Shown here: one piece after another, positions 34,963 through 47,212 of the stretch | Layout: each line of letters starts with the position of its first letter | Position numbering within the stretch: position 1 is the stretch's first letter | Origin: Octopus bimaculoides | Taxonomy: Eukaryota | DNA length: 48,481 nt | Direction: 5' to 3' | Assembly: GCF_001194135.2 (NCBI RefSeq) | Contig: NC_068986.1 | Coordinates: 12,389,340-12,437,820, forward strand | Made by a program: the position numbers and the translations under genes | Notes under the pieces: model-generated | The model's input: only the letters and a program-made list of their open reading frames with translations | The model's database searches: none | What the model was told of the DNA's origin: nothing

Positions 34963-35510
34963 TGGTGAATCGTTAGCACGTCGGAAGAAATGCTTAGCAG
35001 TATTATTTCCACCTCTACGTTCTGAGTTCAAATTTCCCCGTAGCAGACTTTGCCTTTCGTCCTGTCGGGGTCGATAACATAAGTACCTGTTGGACACTGG
35101 GGCCAATGTAATTGATCTACCACCTCCCCATGAAATTTCTGGCCTTGTGCCAAAATTTGAAAAGAATATTATTATTATTATTAAAAGGTTGGTGAAGGTG
35201 GCAAGCTGGTTGAGTTGTTAGCGGCATTTTGTCCGTCTTTACATTCTCAGTTCAAATTCCGCCGTTGCCAACTTTGCCTTTCATCCTTCTCAGGCCGATA
35301 AAATAAGTACCAGCTGAGCACCCTTTCCCGAAATTACTGGCTTTGTGCCAAAATTTGAGACCATTTTTAAAAAAGTAGTGAGCAGGCAAAATAATTAGCA
35401 CATAAGGTTAAAACGTGAATGGCATTTCATCCCGCTTTGCGTCATGAATCCCATTTTCGCCAGAGTCAACTTTGCTCTCCATCATATTGGGGTCGATAAA
35501 ATAAGTAAGT
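34963..35510 (+). mobile_element. Three head-to-tail SINE family C copies (34963-35165, 35190-35363, 35378-35510)
   Basis: Each has head-like GAGC.GGCA/GAATCGTTAGC, GTTCAAATT, CTTTGCCTTTC and (G)GTCGATAAAATAAGTA. Confidence 0.8.
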
Positions 35511-36109
35511 CCAGACCTTGTACATATACTACGAATTACAAACAATTATGTAGATTTTAAAGCTCCGTAAGGCGAAGTCAAGTCTAATTGGAATGGAAAT
35601 TAGATTCGCAGATTACTCGATTTTGAACCGATAAAGTACCCTGCAGGATATTTGAGACTTTTATCTCTGCAGTGTTGCTTCTTTTATCATAGGAACCGAT
35701 AGTAACACGACCAAAACCATCGTCTAAGCAATGCTTGTACTATTAGCTGCAATTATTATGTATTAGTCGAAGCAAATTAGATTAATTATATTTACATATA
35801 TCAGCCGTGTACGTGTAGCAGATGCTAAATAAAGCTGACGACTGGCCGCTTTTTGTCGGGAAGACGATGTGGAAGAGGAAATCAATGATGGTATTTTATT
35901 GTTCACGTTACTAGAATTGTTGTTATTTTTGTTGTTGTTATTGATATTCATGGCACCGTTTTGTTTATTGTCGATGTATTTATAATCGTTATTAGAATAA
36001 TTTAATAAGCGAAATGTTAAAAAAGCGTAAATTATGTGAGATACATAATGCCAAATCACTCCCGTACGCAGACGCATGCACACATTCACACACACACACA
36101 CACACATTC

Positions 36110-36173
<64 letters not shown>

Positions 36174-36204
36174 ATACANNNNNNNNNNATATATATATAT
36201 ATAT

Positions 36205-36251
<47 letters not shown>

Positions 36252-37131
36252 AGGGAACTTAAAATTTCATGACAGCAATCCATAAATTAATTGGAAATTC
36301 ATCGAAAATCTGTGAAATAAAATTGAATTATACACATGCATGAAAATATATTTTCTAAATCATGTTTAGATCGATTTCTTATTAAAACAATTGTCTTGCC
36401 TTTTAGAATTATAAGACTCAATAGTGACCAGAGAATGGATATTAAACTGCCTATGAAGATATTTGAAATAGTCGACTGGAGATGTTACTTGACAAGATAC
36501 CCAAGGAGTTAAACGTCTAAATCATATCAGGGACGGTGGAAAACGTTTTAGATCAACACACTTGAGTTCACTTAGATGTAAAGCTTGCAAGATCAGGAGG
36601 ATATGTCACTGTCAGTAAAGACAGCTCTCTGACACTGATATATGTTTCGTTAGCTTCAATTTGCAGAGTGAATCTCGAAAGTAGGACTTGGGTAGATGGA
36701 TGGGCTACACCAGAATTATTTGTTCTAAATGTAATAAATGAATATGTGGTCTTCCATCATGTCCCACCTCCGCGAAGGTTGATTTTGTCGACATTTCTAC
36801 AGTCTAATAATGTTAGGAATGCCACACCTCTCTGATGATTTGACATGAGGTCGTCATTATGTTATTTACATTATATGATACATAATCACACTTTGTTAAT
36901 GAAATGTACGTAAGATGCTGTAACTAAATATCGTATAAACAATGTCACGTAGATTCTTTTATTTTCTCTATTTACTCTGTAAAACATCAAGACTTAGGAT
37001 TCATAACAAAAGACACAAATGCAATAACAAGCACCGGAATACACAGACAATTCTAAAAACCTTTTTTTTATTGCAGCGCAATTTATAGTTTGGAATATGC
37101 AAAATAAATACACACACACACACACACACAC

Positions 37132-37167
<36 letters not shown>

Positions 37168-37667
37168 NNNNNNNNNNNNNNNNNNNNNNNNNNNNNNNNN
37201 NNNNNNNNNNNNNNNNNNNNNNNNNNNNNNNNNNNNNNNNNNNNNNNNNNNNNNNNNNNNNNNNNNNNNNNNNNNNNNNNNNNNNNNNNNNNNNNNNNNN
37301 NNNNNNNNNNNNNNNNNNNNNNNNNNNNNNNNNNNNNNNNNNNNNNNNNNNNNNNNNNNNNNNNNNNNNNNNNNNNNNNNNNNNNNNNNNNNNNNNNNNN
37401 NNNNNNNNNNNNNNNNNNNNNNNNNNNNNNNNNNNNNNNNNNNNNNNNNNNNNNNNNNNNNNNNNNNNNNNNNNNNNNNNNNNNNNNNNNNNNNNNNNNN
37501 NNNNNNNNNNNNNNNNNNNNNNNNNNNNNNNNNNNNNNNNNNNNNNNNNNNNNNNNNNNNNNNNNNNNNNNNNNNNNNNNNNNNNNNNNNNNNNNNNNNN
37601 NNNNNNNNNNNNNNNNNNNNNNNNNNNNNNNNNNNNNNNNNNNNNNNNNNNNNNNNNNNNNNNNNNN

Positions 37668-38770
37668 TGTTGCTTAAAATGTTTTGCTAAACTTGCTGTT
37701 TCTTTTCAGATATCATCAGCAAAAGGTAATTAAAATTCATTAAAATGACAGCACTATCGGGCTTTCAAAGAAGTCAAATTGTTGGTGCTCGTATGGCAGG
37801 CGCTAGCGTAACGAAGACAACTGAAATGTTTGGTGTATCAAGAAGTACTGTCTCGAAAGTAATGACAGCCTTTGAGAAAGCGGGAAAAACCGCCTCGTCG
37901 AAACAAAACTTTCAGATAGGGACTGTACAGCTCCCAAAATTACTGCAGAGCTTAATGACCACCTTGAGATTCCAGTTTCCACAAAAACTGTTCGCCGGGA
38001 GCTGCACAAAGCCGGATTTCACGAGCGGGCTGCAATGAGAAAACCACTACTTTCAAAAACAAACGTTGCAAAGCGTTTACAGTGGGGTAAAAACCAACAG
38101 AATTGGTCCCTAGAGCAGTGGAATAATGTCATTTTCTCGGACGTGTCATAGTTTACTTTACTTTCGACCACCGTCCGAGTAAACGTGTGGAGACAGCCGA
38201 AAGAAGCATTTGACCCAGACTGCCTTCTACGAACTCTTAAACATGGAGGAAGATCTGTGATGATCTGTAGGCTATATCTTGGAAATTCGCCAGCCCAATG
38301 ATTTCTCATGATGGCAGAATTAATAGTCACGACTATTTAAGCGTTTTACCTGATTAAATTCATCCTATGGTTGTGGAAATGTTTCCGGAAAGAAATGCAA
38401 TCTTTCAGGATGATAATACACCAATTCACACAGCTAAAGTTGCTACTGAATGGCACGAGGAAATTCTAGTAAAGTTGAACATCTTATCTGGCCATGACAG
38501 GTCCCCAGATCTCAATATTATTGAACATTAACGGTGCATTTTAGAAAAAACAAGTAAGGAGTTAATATCCTCCACCATAATCACTTCAAGAACTGGAAAC
38601 TGTTTTAGCTGAAGAATGGACAAAAATTCTTTTGGAAACAATTCAAACTCTGTACGAGTCCATACCTCGTAGAATTCAATCTGTAATTACTGCCAAATGC
38701 GGTCCTACCCCATATTAAAGTAAATTTGTTTGAAATTTTAAGGTGTTTCCATTATTTTGTCCAAACCCTG
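37668..38770 (+). mobile_element. Tc1-family transposon (DD34E-type transposase pseudogene 37745-38718, 3' TIR; 5' end in gap)
   Basis: MTALSGFQRSQIVGARMAGASVTKT..FGVSRSTVSKVM / VSTKTVRRELHKAGFHERAAMRKPLLSK...VIFSD / KHGG.SVM / FQDDN.PIHTAK / WP..SPDLNIIEH / GPTPY*. Ends GGTGTTTCCATTATTTTGTCCAAACCCTG|TA. Confidence 0.95.
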
Positions 38771-38983
38771 TATATTTATATATATATATAAACATAAGCT
38801 TGTTATATAGAGTTAAAGATTAAAGATTAGATTTATGAATTCTGAATACATTTTAGTACAGAACCATAATTATCTATTTTTACAAAGGAAACATTGTTAG
38901 TGACAGACTAGCGACGGCTTGAAAACTGAGACTTTGTAGATACTATCAATGTTTACCTTTAAAAAAAATGAATATATACAGTT

Positions 38984-39033
<50 letters not shown>

Positions 39034-40332
39034 NNNNNNNNNNNNNNNNNNNNNNNNNNNNNNNNNNNNNNNNNNNNNNNNNNNNNNNNNNNNNNNNNNN
39101 NNNNNNNNNNNNNNNNNNNNNNNNNNNNNNNNNNNNNNNNNNNNNNNNNNNNNNNNNNNNNNNNNNNNNNNNNNNNNNNNNNNNNNNNNNNNNNNNNNNN
39201 NNNNNNNNNNNNNNNNNNNNNNNNNNNNNNNNNNNNNNNNNNNNNNNNNNNNNNNNNNNNNNNNNNNNNNNNNNNNNNNNNNNNNNNNNNNNNNNNNNNN
39301 NNNNNNNNNNNNNNNNNNNNNNNNNNNNNNNNNNNNNNNNNNNNNNNNNNNNNNNNNNNNNNNNNNNNNNNNNNNNNNNNNNNNNNNNNNNNNNNNNNNN
39401 NNNNNNNNNNNNNNNNNNNNNNNNNNNNNNNNNNNNNNNNNNNNNNNNNNNNNNNNNNNNNNNNNNNNNNNNNNNNNNNNNNNNNNNNNNNNNNNNNNNN
39501 NNNNNNNNNNNNNNNNNNNNNNNNNNNNNNNNNNNNNNNNNNNNNNNNNNNNNNNNNNNNNNNNNNNNNNNNNNNNNNNNNNNNNNNNNNNNNNNNNNNN
39601 NNNNNNNNNNNNNNNNNNNNNNNNNNNNNNNNNNNNNNNNNNNNNNNNNNNNNNNNNNNNNNNNNNNNNNNNNNNNNNNNNNNNNNNNNNNNNNNNNNNN
39701 NNNNNNNNNNNNNNNNNNNNNNNNNNNNNNNNNNNNNNNNNNNNNNNNNNNNNNNNNNNNNNNNNNNNNNNNNNNNNNNNNNNNNNNNNNNNNNNNNNNN
39801 NNNNNNNNNNNNNNNNNNNNNNNNNNNNNNNNNNNNNNNNNNNNNNNNNNNNNNNNNNNNNNNNNNNNNNNNNNNNNNNNNNNNNNNNNNNNNNNNNNNN
39901 NNNNNNNNNNNNNNNNNNNNNNNNNNNNNNNNNNNNNNNNNNNNNNNNNNNNNNNNNNNNNNNNNNNNNNNNNNNNNNNNNNNNNNNNNNNNNNNNNNNN
40001 NNNNNNNNNNNNNNNNNNNNNNNNNNTATGATTGTGTATAGAGGAATATATTATTTTATTTAAGAGTTCCGACTCTGTTTTTTATGTTTTATTTATATTC
40101 TTGTAAAATTAATGTGGGATATAGAATATGGAATATACAATATATAATATAAAAATGGATGGTACAATGAAATTAAGTATTGAATGTCTTATTGAATATA
40201 TGGAATATGTCTTATTGAATATATGAAATATTGAGTGTTCAATACAAAGGATTAAATATATAAAGGCGAATACGTATTTTCTATACCTTGTGGTATTTCA
40301 TCATGGCCGGTATGACAGACTTTAACAGACTG

Positions 40333-40438
40333 TAATAGACTGGCTGGTTTAAGTACCAGTTGCGTACTAGGGTTGATCTAATTGACTTGCTCACTCCCAC
40401 CAAAATTTCGGGCCTTGTACCTAGAGTAGAAAAGAATA
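40333..40438 (+). mobile_element. SINE family C 3' fragment
   Basis: AAGTACCAGTTGCGTACTAGGGTTGATCTAATTGACT...AAATTTCGGGCCTTGTACC. Confidence 0.65.
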
Positions 40439-42129
40439 TAAAGTGGATTATGCGAACACGTGAGTGAGTTAGTCAGTCAGTGTATACTTATATATGTTTT
40501 CTACTATCTTAGAATGCTGAACAAAAACTGCCTTTGTAAATTCTGTGTGTTAAAGTGTCGTATCAACAGCAATGTATAAAAGTTAATTGCTCCCAAATAC
40601 TGCAATTCTTTCTCCCAACTCTGTCAATACTAGTTTATAGAAGAAAACATCGTTTTACAAAGTTGTATTTTGAAATTTATGAAGATAACAAAACAGAAAA
40701 GTTTCCAGAAGTTCATCTTTTATCCTTGAGGACCGACTTAAGATTAAATTTTACAAAGAGAAATTGAATAAAAGGGCTGTTCTGATTTGCTTTATAAAAC
40801 AAAAAAATTGAAAAATATATTTAAAATATCAATACTTGTCCTTTTAAGATCGATACTATTTGATTCATAGTATTGATCAGGCTTAATTCGTTTTGATTAG
40901 GCTGTTTAGATTGATTTTTTGTCTAATTGATTCCTTACACAACGTAGTAAACAAACCAAAGTGTTGTATTTAGCATATGTTACACGTACATGGCTGATAT
41001 AAGTAAATGTATACAATAATATTAACATTACTATGAGGTAAAATCTTCGGAGATTACCTTATTGTCCAGTTGGTTATGTAAGTCTTATTTCTCCAAGATC
41101 ATTTACGAAATTTTTAGTTAATGTTTGTCTGAGATCGATTGCATTTACTACTATATATAGTTTCGGACGAACCAGGGAAATAACCACAAATTAGAAAGAC
41201 CCGCAGAAAGAAATAACTGCCACATCATCCCCCCAATCACGTCATAGCACACAATGTTGAATGGATTGTGAGAGGGACATGTTGAATGGATTGTGTCTTT
41301 ATAAATGCATTGGGTCTGAACGTTCATTTGAAAAGGAATTACAGACAATATAGAAACCACTGTTGTAAGGAATAACAATTCCGTGAAATTAAGAACGCTG
41401 CAATTTACGACAATATGGTAGACTGGTGCTATTGGTGGTACGTTATCTGGTGAAATGGTATCGTGTGATAAATTGCGTATAGTACGTCGGGGTATCTTCG
41501 GAGTAATTCATCACCAACAATTAGACAATATCATTGAATTCTAGATAATAATGCTCGGGCAACAGAACGTGAATATCATAATATTAATTAAATTTTATCC
41601 CCTTGCTAATTAACTTAATTGCAATTCATACAGCTGTTATCTATTTTTCATCTTCCATTTTATCATTTTTTTTCGTTATATTTGCTTTTTTATACTTGTA
41701 TTTTTATGTTTATTTAACGTTTTTTTTTTTATATATGTCTCTTTCGAATTGAATGAGTCTTTTGTATATCTTTATTTTTTTATATTTCAGGAAAAGATAA
41801 TCGAAGAAAAACACAAAGGAATACAATTAATTTTCTCGAGTGATAAATGTAATTAACGAAACGTAAATTTAAACTGAACGTGAATCTAATAAATCAGGTT
41901 AGTTCAATGATGAAAGTTAACCAAACATAGTGTTGTTGTTGGTGTTTCTGATTGATTGATTATGTGCGTATGTGCGCGCTCGTGCACACACACACACACA
42001 TGTATATATCATTATATAAATACACATATATGTCCATACATTATATGCATATAAAGCATAATTATATTTATATGCATTTATATGTATGTATACATTTATA
42101 TATCCAAGAGTTTAATTTCTTTACTTATC

Positions 42130-43060
42130 GCTTCTTTTATGGTGATGCCGTTGATGACTCTTGAGACCAGTTCTTACATGGAAAAATTGATGCCATTGAC
42201 TACATGGCAATATTGGTGGAGGACGAAGTTGATTTTGTCGAGCCTTTCTCTCCTGTCATTCTTCTTCTTCTTCTTCTTCTTCTTCTTCTTCTTCTTCTTC
42301 TTCTTCTTCTTCTTCTTCTTCTTCTTCTTCTTCTTCTTCTCTTTGCTGATTTCTAAATTTTTGGTTCCGATAGTGATGGAACACGGTCAGTTGAACAATC
42401 TCCAGCTTACGTTTCAAACTATTTAGGCTGAAGTCCAGTGGCTTTTAGTATTCTTTAGAGTTGGTCCTTGTATTTTCAACGACGGCAACCCTGTGGTCTT
42501 TTCCCTAAAGTGAGTTCACTGAATAAAACTTGGCGTAGGAACCTTGACTATGCCATCGAAGACGGTGTTTCAGGATCAGCGACTCGATACTTTGACGGCT
42601 GGCTCTTTCCATGACATCTTTGTTGGTCACATAATGTCCCCATTTGATGTTCAGGATAAATAGTCCAGGTTTTGCAGCCATATAGCAAAGTTGAATTAAC
42701 AACAGCATTATGGACCATAATCTTTGCTGTTAAGTTCAGATTTTTGCTCTTGAAGACGCTTTTGATTAGCGTTCCAAATTCCCCGTGCGCAGCTCCAATT
42801 CTGTGTTCCATTTCCTTTTCTGAGGAGTACTTCCTTGATAAAAGGCTGCCTAGATGTAACAAACGGTCTACTTGTTTGAGGGTTGCATCAGAATTGGTAA
42901 AATCAAAATCGGCCAAGATGGTATTTTGAGCTGACTGCGCAGAGACCTTGGTTTTCTTCATGTTTGTTGTAAGGCCAAATCGACGGTAGGCTATAGCAAA
43001 GTTGTTCACAGACTGTTAGAGATCTTCTTTTGAATTAGAGAGGGCAGCGTTGTCATCAGC
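42130..43060 (-). mobile_element. RTE-clade LINE 3' fragment (RT C-terminus to end), containing an expanded (TTC)n
   Basis: HADDNAAL...NNFAIAYRRFGLTTNMKKTKV...LGSLLS...EMEHRIGAAHGEFG...VNSTLLYGCKTWT / IESLILKHRLRWH / C-terminal C..W...F...GL.SHQRH. (TTC)n at 42259-42338. Confidence 0.9.
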
Positions 43061-43900
43061 ATGTTGAATTTATATATATAAATATATATATATATATANN
43101 NNNNNNNNNNNNNNNNNNNNNNNNNNNNNNNNNNNNNNNNNNNNNNNNNNNNNNNNNNNNNNNNNNNNNNNNNNNNNNNNNNNNNNNNNNNNNNNNNNNN
43201 NNNNNNNNNNNNNNNNNNNNNNNNNNNNNNNNNNNNNNNNNNNNNNNNNNNNNNNNNNNNNNNNNNNNNNNNNNNNNNNNNNNNNNNNNNNNNNNNNNNN
43301 NNNNNNNNNNNNNNNNNNNNNNNNNNNNNNNNNNNNNNNNNNNNNNNNNNNNNNNNNNNNNNNNNNNNNNNNNNNNNNNNNNNNNNNNNNNNNNNNNNNN
43401 NNNNNNNNNNNNNNNNNNNNNNNNNNNNNNNNNNNNNNNNNNNNNNNNNNNNNNNNNNNNNNNNNNNNNNNNNNNNNNNNNNNNNNNNNNNNNNNNNNNN
43501 NNNNNNNNNNNNNNNNNNNNNNNNNNNNNNNNNNNNNNNNNNNNNNNNNNNNNNNNNNNNNNNNNNNNNNNNNNNNNNNNNNNNNNNNNNNNNNNNNNNN
43601 NNNNNNNNNNNNNNNNNNNNNNNNNNNNNNNNNNNNNNNNNNNNNNNNNNNNNNNNNNNNNNNNNNNNNNNNNNNNNNNNNNNNNNNNNNNNNNNNNNNN
43701 NNNNNNNCAGGATGGGCGGTGCGTAGTATTCCTAAGCAAAATAGTTCTTTTCATGTTTCTCGGCGATCACTTCAAAATCTGACATCTCACACCGTGCACC
43801 CGTACAGGCAATGTTTCTTCGCCCAGCGTTACGTATCCACAGTATATTAGGCGCAAACTCTCTTGTACCACGTGACTAATATTTGTTACTGTACAATCGT

Positions 43901-44043
43901 CTGTGCCAAAAGGCTGTGCCAAAAGGCTGCGCCAAAAGGCTGTGCCGAAAGGCTGTGCCGAAAGGCTGTGCCGAAAGGCTGTGCCGAAAGGCTGTGCCGA
44001 AAGGCTGTGCCGAAAGGCTGTGTCAAAAGGCTGTGCCAAAAGG
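43901..44043. repeat. 13-bp GC-rich minisatellite (CTGTGCC[G/A]AAAGG) x11
   Basis: Eleven contiguous units; the central six are the identical G-variant and the flanking units are A-variants. Confidence 0.95.
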
Positions 44044-44254
44044 TCTCATACTCTATAATATATGTATAGACAATAATTGATGGCAGACTGACAGGTAAAG
44101 ATTCTAATCCAGTATCAGAAACAATGACGGAAGAAAATATTTCGTGTATTTTAGCATTCAATGATTTTCTTTATGAAATCTGAAAATGGAATGTAGCAAG
44201 GACAGAAACCTGAATATACATACCACAAAGACAGCAAGAAAATATATTAATTAT

Positions 44255-44345
44255 GGTCTCTTGGACAAGTGCCTTCTACTATAGCCTTTGGTTGACCAAA
44301 GTCTTGTAAATATATTTGGTAGACGAAAACTTACCAAAGCTCGTC
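44255..44345 (+). mobile_element. SINE family A middle fragment
   Basis: GGACAAGTGCCTTCTACTATAGCC...GACCAAAGTCTTGT...TTTGGTAGACGAAAAC. Confidence 0.75.
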
Positions 44346-44375
44346 ATACATGCATACATACATACATACATACAT

Positions 44376-44468
<93 letters not shown>

Positions 44469-45184
44469 CATATATATATACGTATATATACATATATATC
44501 TATACATATATATACATACATATATATATACATATATACAAACATACATACATAAATACACACATACACACACATATATATATATTCATGTGTCTGTGAT
44601 TATATAAATATGTGTGTGTATGTATGCATGCATGTATGTATGCATGTATGTATGTATGTATGTATGTATATATGTATGAGGGGGATTCTCATATAAGAGA
44701 TTAAAAAGAAGAGATACTACTCTATTGGGCTAAAATGTATGACTAAAGGAATAAAATATTAGGAAACAGAACAAAATTGAACGGAGCAATAGCAGAAAGC
44801 CTTTTATTTTCTACTATTTTGTCTTTATAATCGGCTGGAATTGTCTATGTCTTGGACGTTTTTGTATTCATTGTTGAAAACCTACCTTTTCATGAGATCG
44901 ATGACAAAAGTCTTCTGTTCTTAGAAGATATTGAACTTCTCCAACGTTGATTTCCATATTTATTCAGTCTTAAGAAGCTATGTTCGTAGTTCATTCATAT
45001 TAAAATGGGAATTAACCCACGTACGTTAGCCTATATCTACATTAGTTCTAACGGGAATTATATCGCCGTTACTACTTCTAAGACAAGAACCGACATCTCT
45101 AATACAATTGTATTATAAGAAACGACTTTATGAAACAAGCTTATCTGAAGATACGTTAGTGATGACTGTTACTACTAATGGTCC

Positions 45185-45383
45185 TTTCTATTATAGGCAC
45201 AAGGCCCGAAATTTGGGGCAGGGGGTTAACCGGTTACATCGACCCCAGTACTCGACTGGTAGTTATTTTACCGACTCCGAAAAGATGAAAGGCAAAGGTG
45301 ACCTCGGCGGAATTTGAACTCTGAACGCGACACACCACTAAGCATTTTGTCCAACGTGCTAATGCTTCTGCTTGCTCACCGCC

Positions 45384-45386
<3 letters not shown>
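45185..45386 (-). mobile_element. SINE family C, near full length, adjoining (AAT)n 45387-45447
   Basis: AGGCACAAGGCCCGAAATTTGGGG...ATCGACCCCAGTACTCGACTGG...CTCGGCGGAATTTGAACTC...CTAAGCATTT...GCTCACCGCC. Confidence 0.9.
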
Positions 45387-45449
<63 letters not shown>

Positions 45450-45564
45450 TCGCTAATGTTGAGGGAGGATGATTGGAAGCTTTGTTTATGGAGGTAATTT
45501 TCTCATTCGGTTTATGGAATCAGTAGTGTTTACTGATATGTGTTAACGACGAGGCAGTTGACTC

Positions 45565-45769
45565 TTTTTTATCTTTTATCGTTATCTTTTACATGTTTTC
45601 ACTCATAAGACCGCGACCACGCTAAAGCGCCGCCTTTAAGAAACTTTTGTCGAATCGACTCCAGTATAGCTTTTAAAGCTTGGTAATTATTCTATTTGTC
45701 ACTTTGGTCCCCACGGGGACACAAACACACCAAAACTTGTTGTCAAGCAGTGGTGGCGAACAAACACAG

Positions 45770-45780
<11 letters not shown>
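45565..45780 (-). mobile_element. Diverged SINE family A 3' half
   Basis: GACCGCGACCACGCTAAAGCGCCGCCTTTA...AAACACACCAAAAC..GTTGTCAAGC.GTGGTGG. Confidence 0.7.
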
Positions 45781-45842
<62 letters not shown>

Positions 45843-45849
<7 letters not shown>

Positions 45850-46282
45850 TTAAAAGAAAAGAAAATTGGAGGTAAGGAGCTTAACAATTATTTATTATTA
45901 ACAAATTGGTCATCTTCGCTTCTTACAGCCGTTTCAATTAATACTCAATAGTTTGATTACAAATTTGTACATTAAATTTGCATTTGTGACATGAGCATAA
46001 TTTGATCGGAGAAAAAGATGTACCTTGAGATGTTATATGCGGACCTGTCAATCCATCTCAGGATGAATAGATCCACACATAACATCCCAAGGTACATCTT
46101 TTTTTTCCTTTGATAAAATTATGCTTATGTCGCATAAATGCAAGTTTAGTGTACAAATTTGTAATTAAACTATTGAATACTAATTGAAACGGTTGTAAGA
46201 AGCGAAGATGACCAACTTGTTAGTAATAAATAATTGTTAACTTCCTTATCTCCATTTTCTTTTCGTCTTTTAACTGAATATA
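45843..46282. mobile_element. Head-to-head palindromic element (~195-205 bp arms) terminating in TA-rich ends
   Basis: 45843-46036 and 46079-46282 are reverse complements (e.g. TTGGTCATCTTCGCTTCTTACA / TGTAAGAAGCGAAGATGACCAA; AAAGATGTACCTTG / CAAGGTACATCTTT). Confidence 0.9.
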
Positions 46283-46404
46283 ACCTATATGGTTAATATA
46301 TACCCGTTGTTTTAAGGAAATTTCATTCTCTAACAATACTAGGTATTTCGTTGGATGCAACCATCCCTTCATGAGGTTAATATATCCTCTAAGTAAGACG
46401 GGCA

Positions 46405-46555
46405 TCATTCAGTTTCCGTTTATCAAAGCCACTCACAAGGCCTTGGTCGGACCGAGGTTATAGTAGGAAACACTTGCCCAAGGTTCCCAACGTGCTTCGC
46501 AGTGGGTCGGAACCCAGAGCGACGTGGTTAGGAAGCAAGCTTCTTACCACACATC
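46405..46555 (-). mobile_element. SINE family A 5' half
   Basis: CCACTCACAAGGCCTTGGTCGGACCGAGGTTATAGTAGG...CACTTGCCCAAGG...GGAAGCAAGCTTCTTACCACAC. Confidence 0.85.
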
Positions 46556-46579
46556 CTCAAAGTTTATTTACTTGTATTT

Positions 46580-46960
46580 TCTCATGAATTTCTTAATTTG
46601 CACAATGCGTGTGCGCTTATATTACATACTGTTTCCAGCCCGCCATCTCTATACAGGCCTCTGCTAGCCCCTTTCACATCGCTTGTCAATCTGCTTAAAA
46701 TATACAGCTCCACAGAGTCAGTAATCCCAGAAATCTCAGCTCCACCAAAGATATTCAGGAATATATTAGACAAACTGTTTCCATCTTCTATCGGCCACTA
46801 GGAATCGTCGTAAAAATAACAAGAATTTTCTGGCATTTATCGTTATATCAATGTTTCAATCTGTAATAATGGCGTACGATTTTCTGAACTGTAGAGCTTG
46901 CATTAAAACAAGTTTTAGAGATCGACAAGTAAAATCAAAGCGTATGGACATACATATCTT
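46580..46960 (-). pseudogene. Penelope-like RT core fragment (apparently a different PLE lineage from 33400-34372)
   Basis: Minus strand DF(Y).SIS / LMQALQFRKSYAIITD*NIDITINARKFLLF / FGGAEI...ELYILSRL...GLYRDGGL, resembling the DFYPSI...ALQFA...NARKSLLF...DGAE...GLYIL...GLYRDDGL PLE RT motifs. Confidence 0.7.
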
Positions 46961-47120
46961 TGATTACCCTCTGATCTTTCACTAACAGAACGGATACTAG
47001 AAAATCAACTTTGCTAACAAGAAACCTAGGCTGTCGGTATAACGTCTTTATCTGACATAATAAATAATACACACACATACATATGTGCACACACATGCGC
47101 GTATGTATATCTATTTACAC

Positions 47121-47212
<92 letters not shown>

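Noticed and set aside
37700-37725. CTGATGA...GAAA on the minus strand resembling a hammerhead
   Set aside because: No helix II, helix III palindrome or helix I; lies in the Tc1 5' region.
40183-40235. ~24-bp tandem duplication ATGTCTTATTGAATATATG(G/A)AATAT
   Set aside because: Ordinary slippage duplication in AT-rich DNA.
43883-44161. ORFs with repeated AVPKG/CAERL peptides; possible CRISPR-like array
   Set aside because: Contiguous 13-bp minisatellite without spacers, and the context is eukaryotic.
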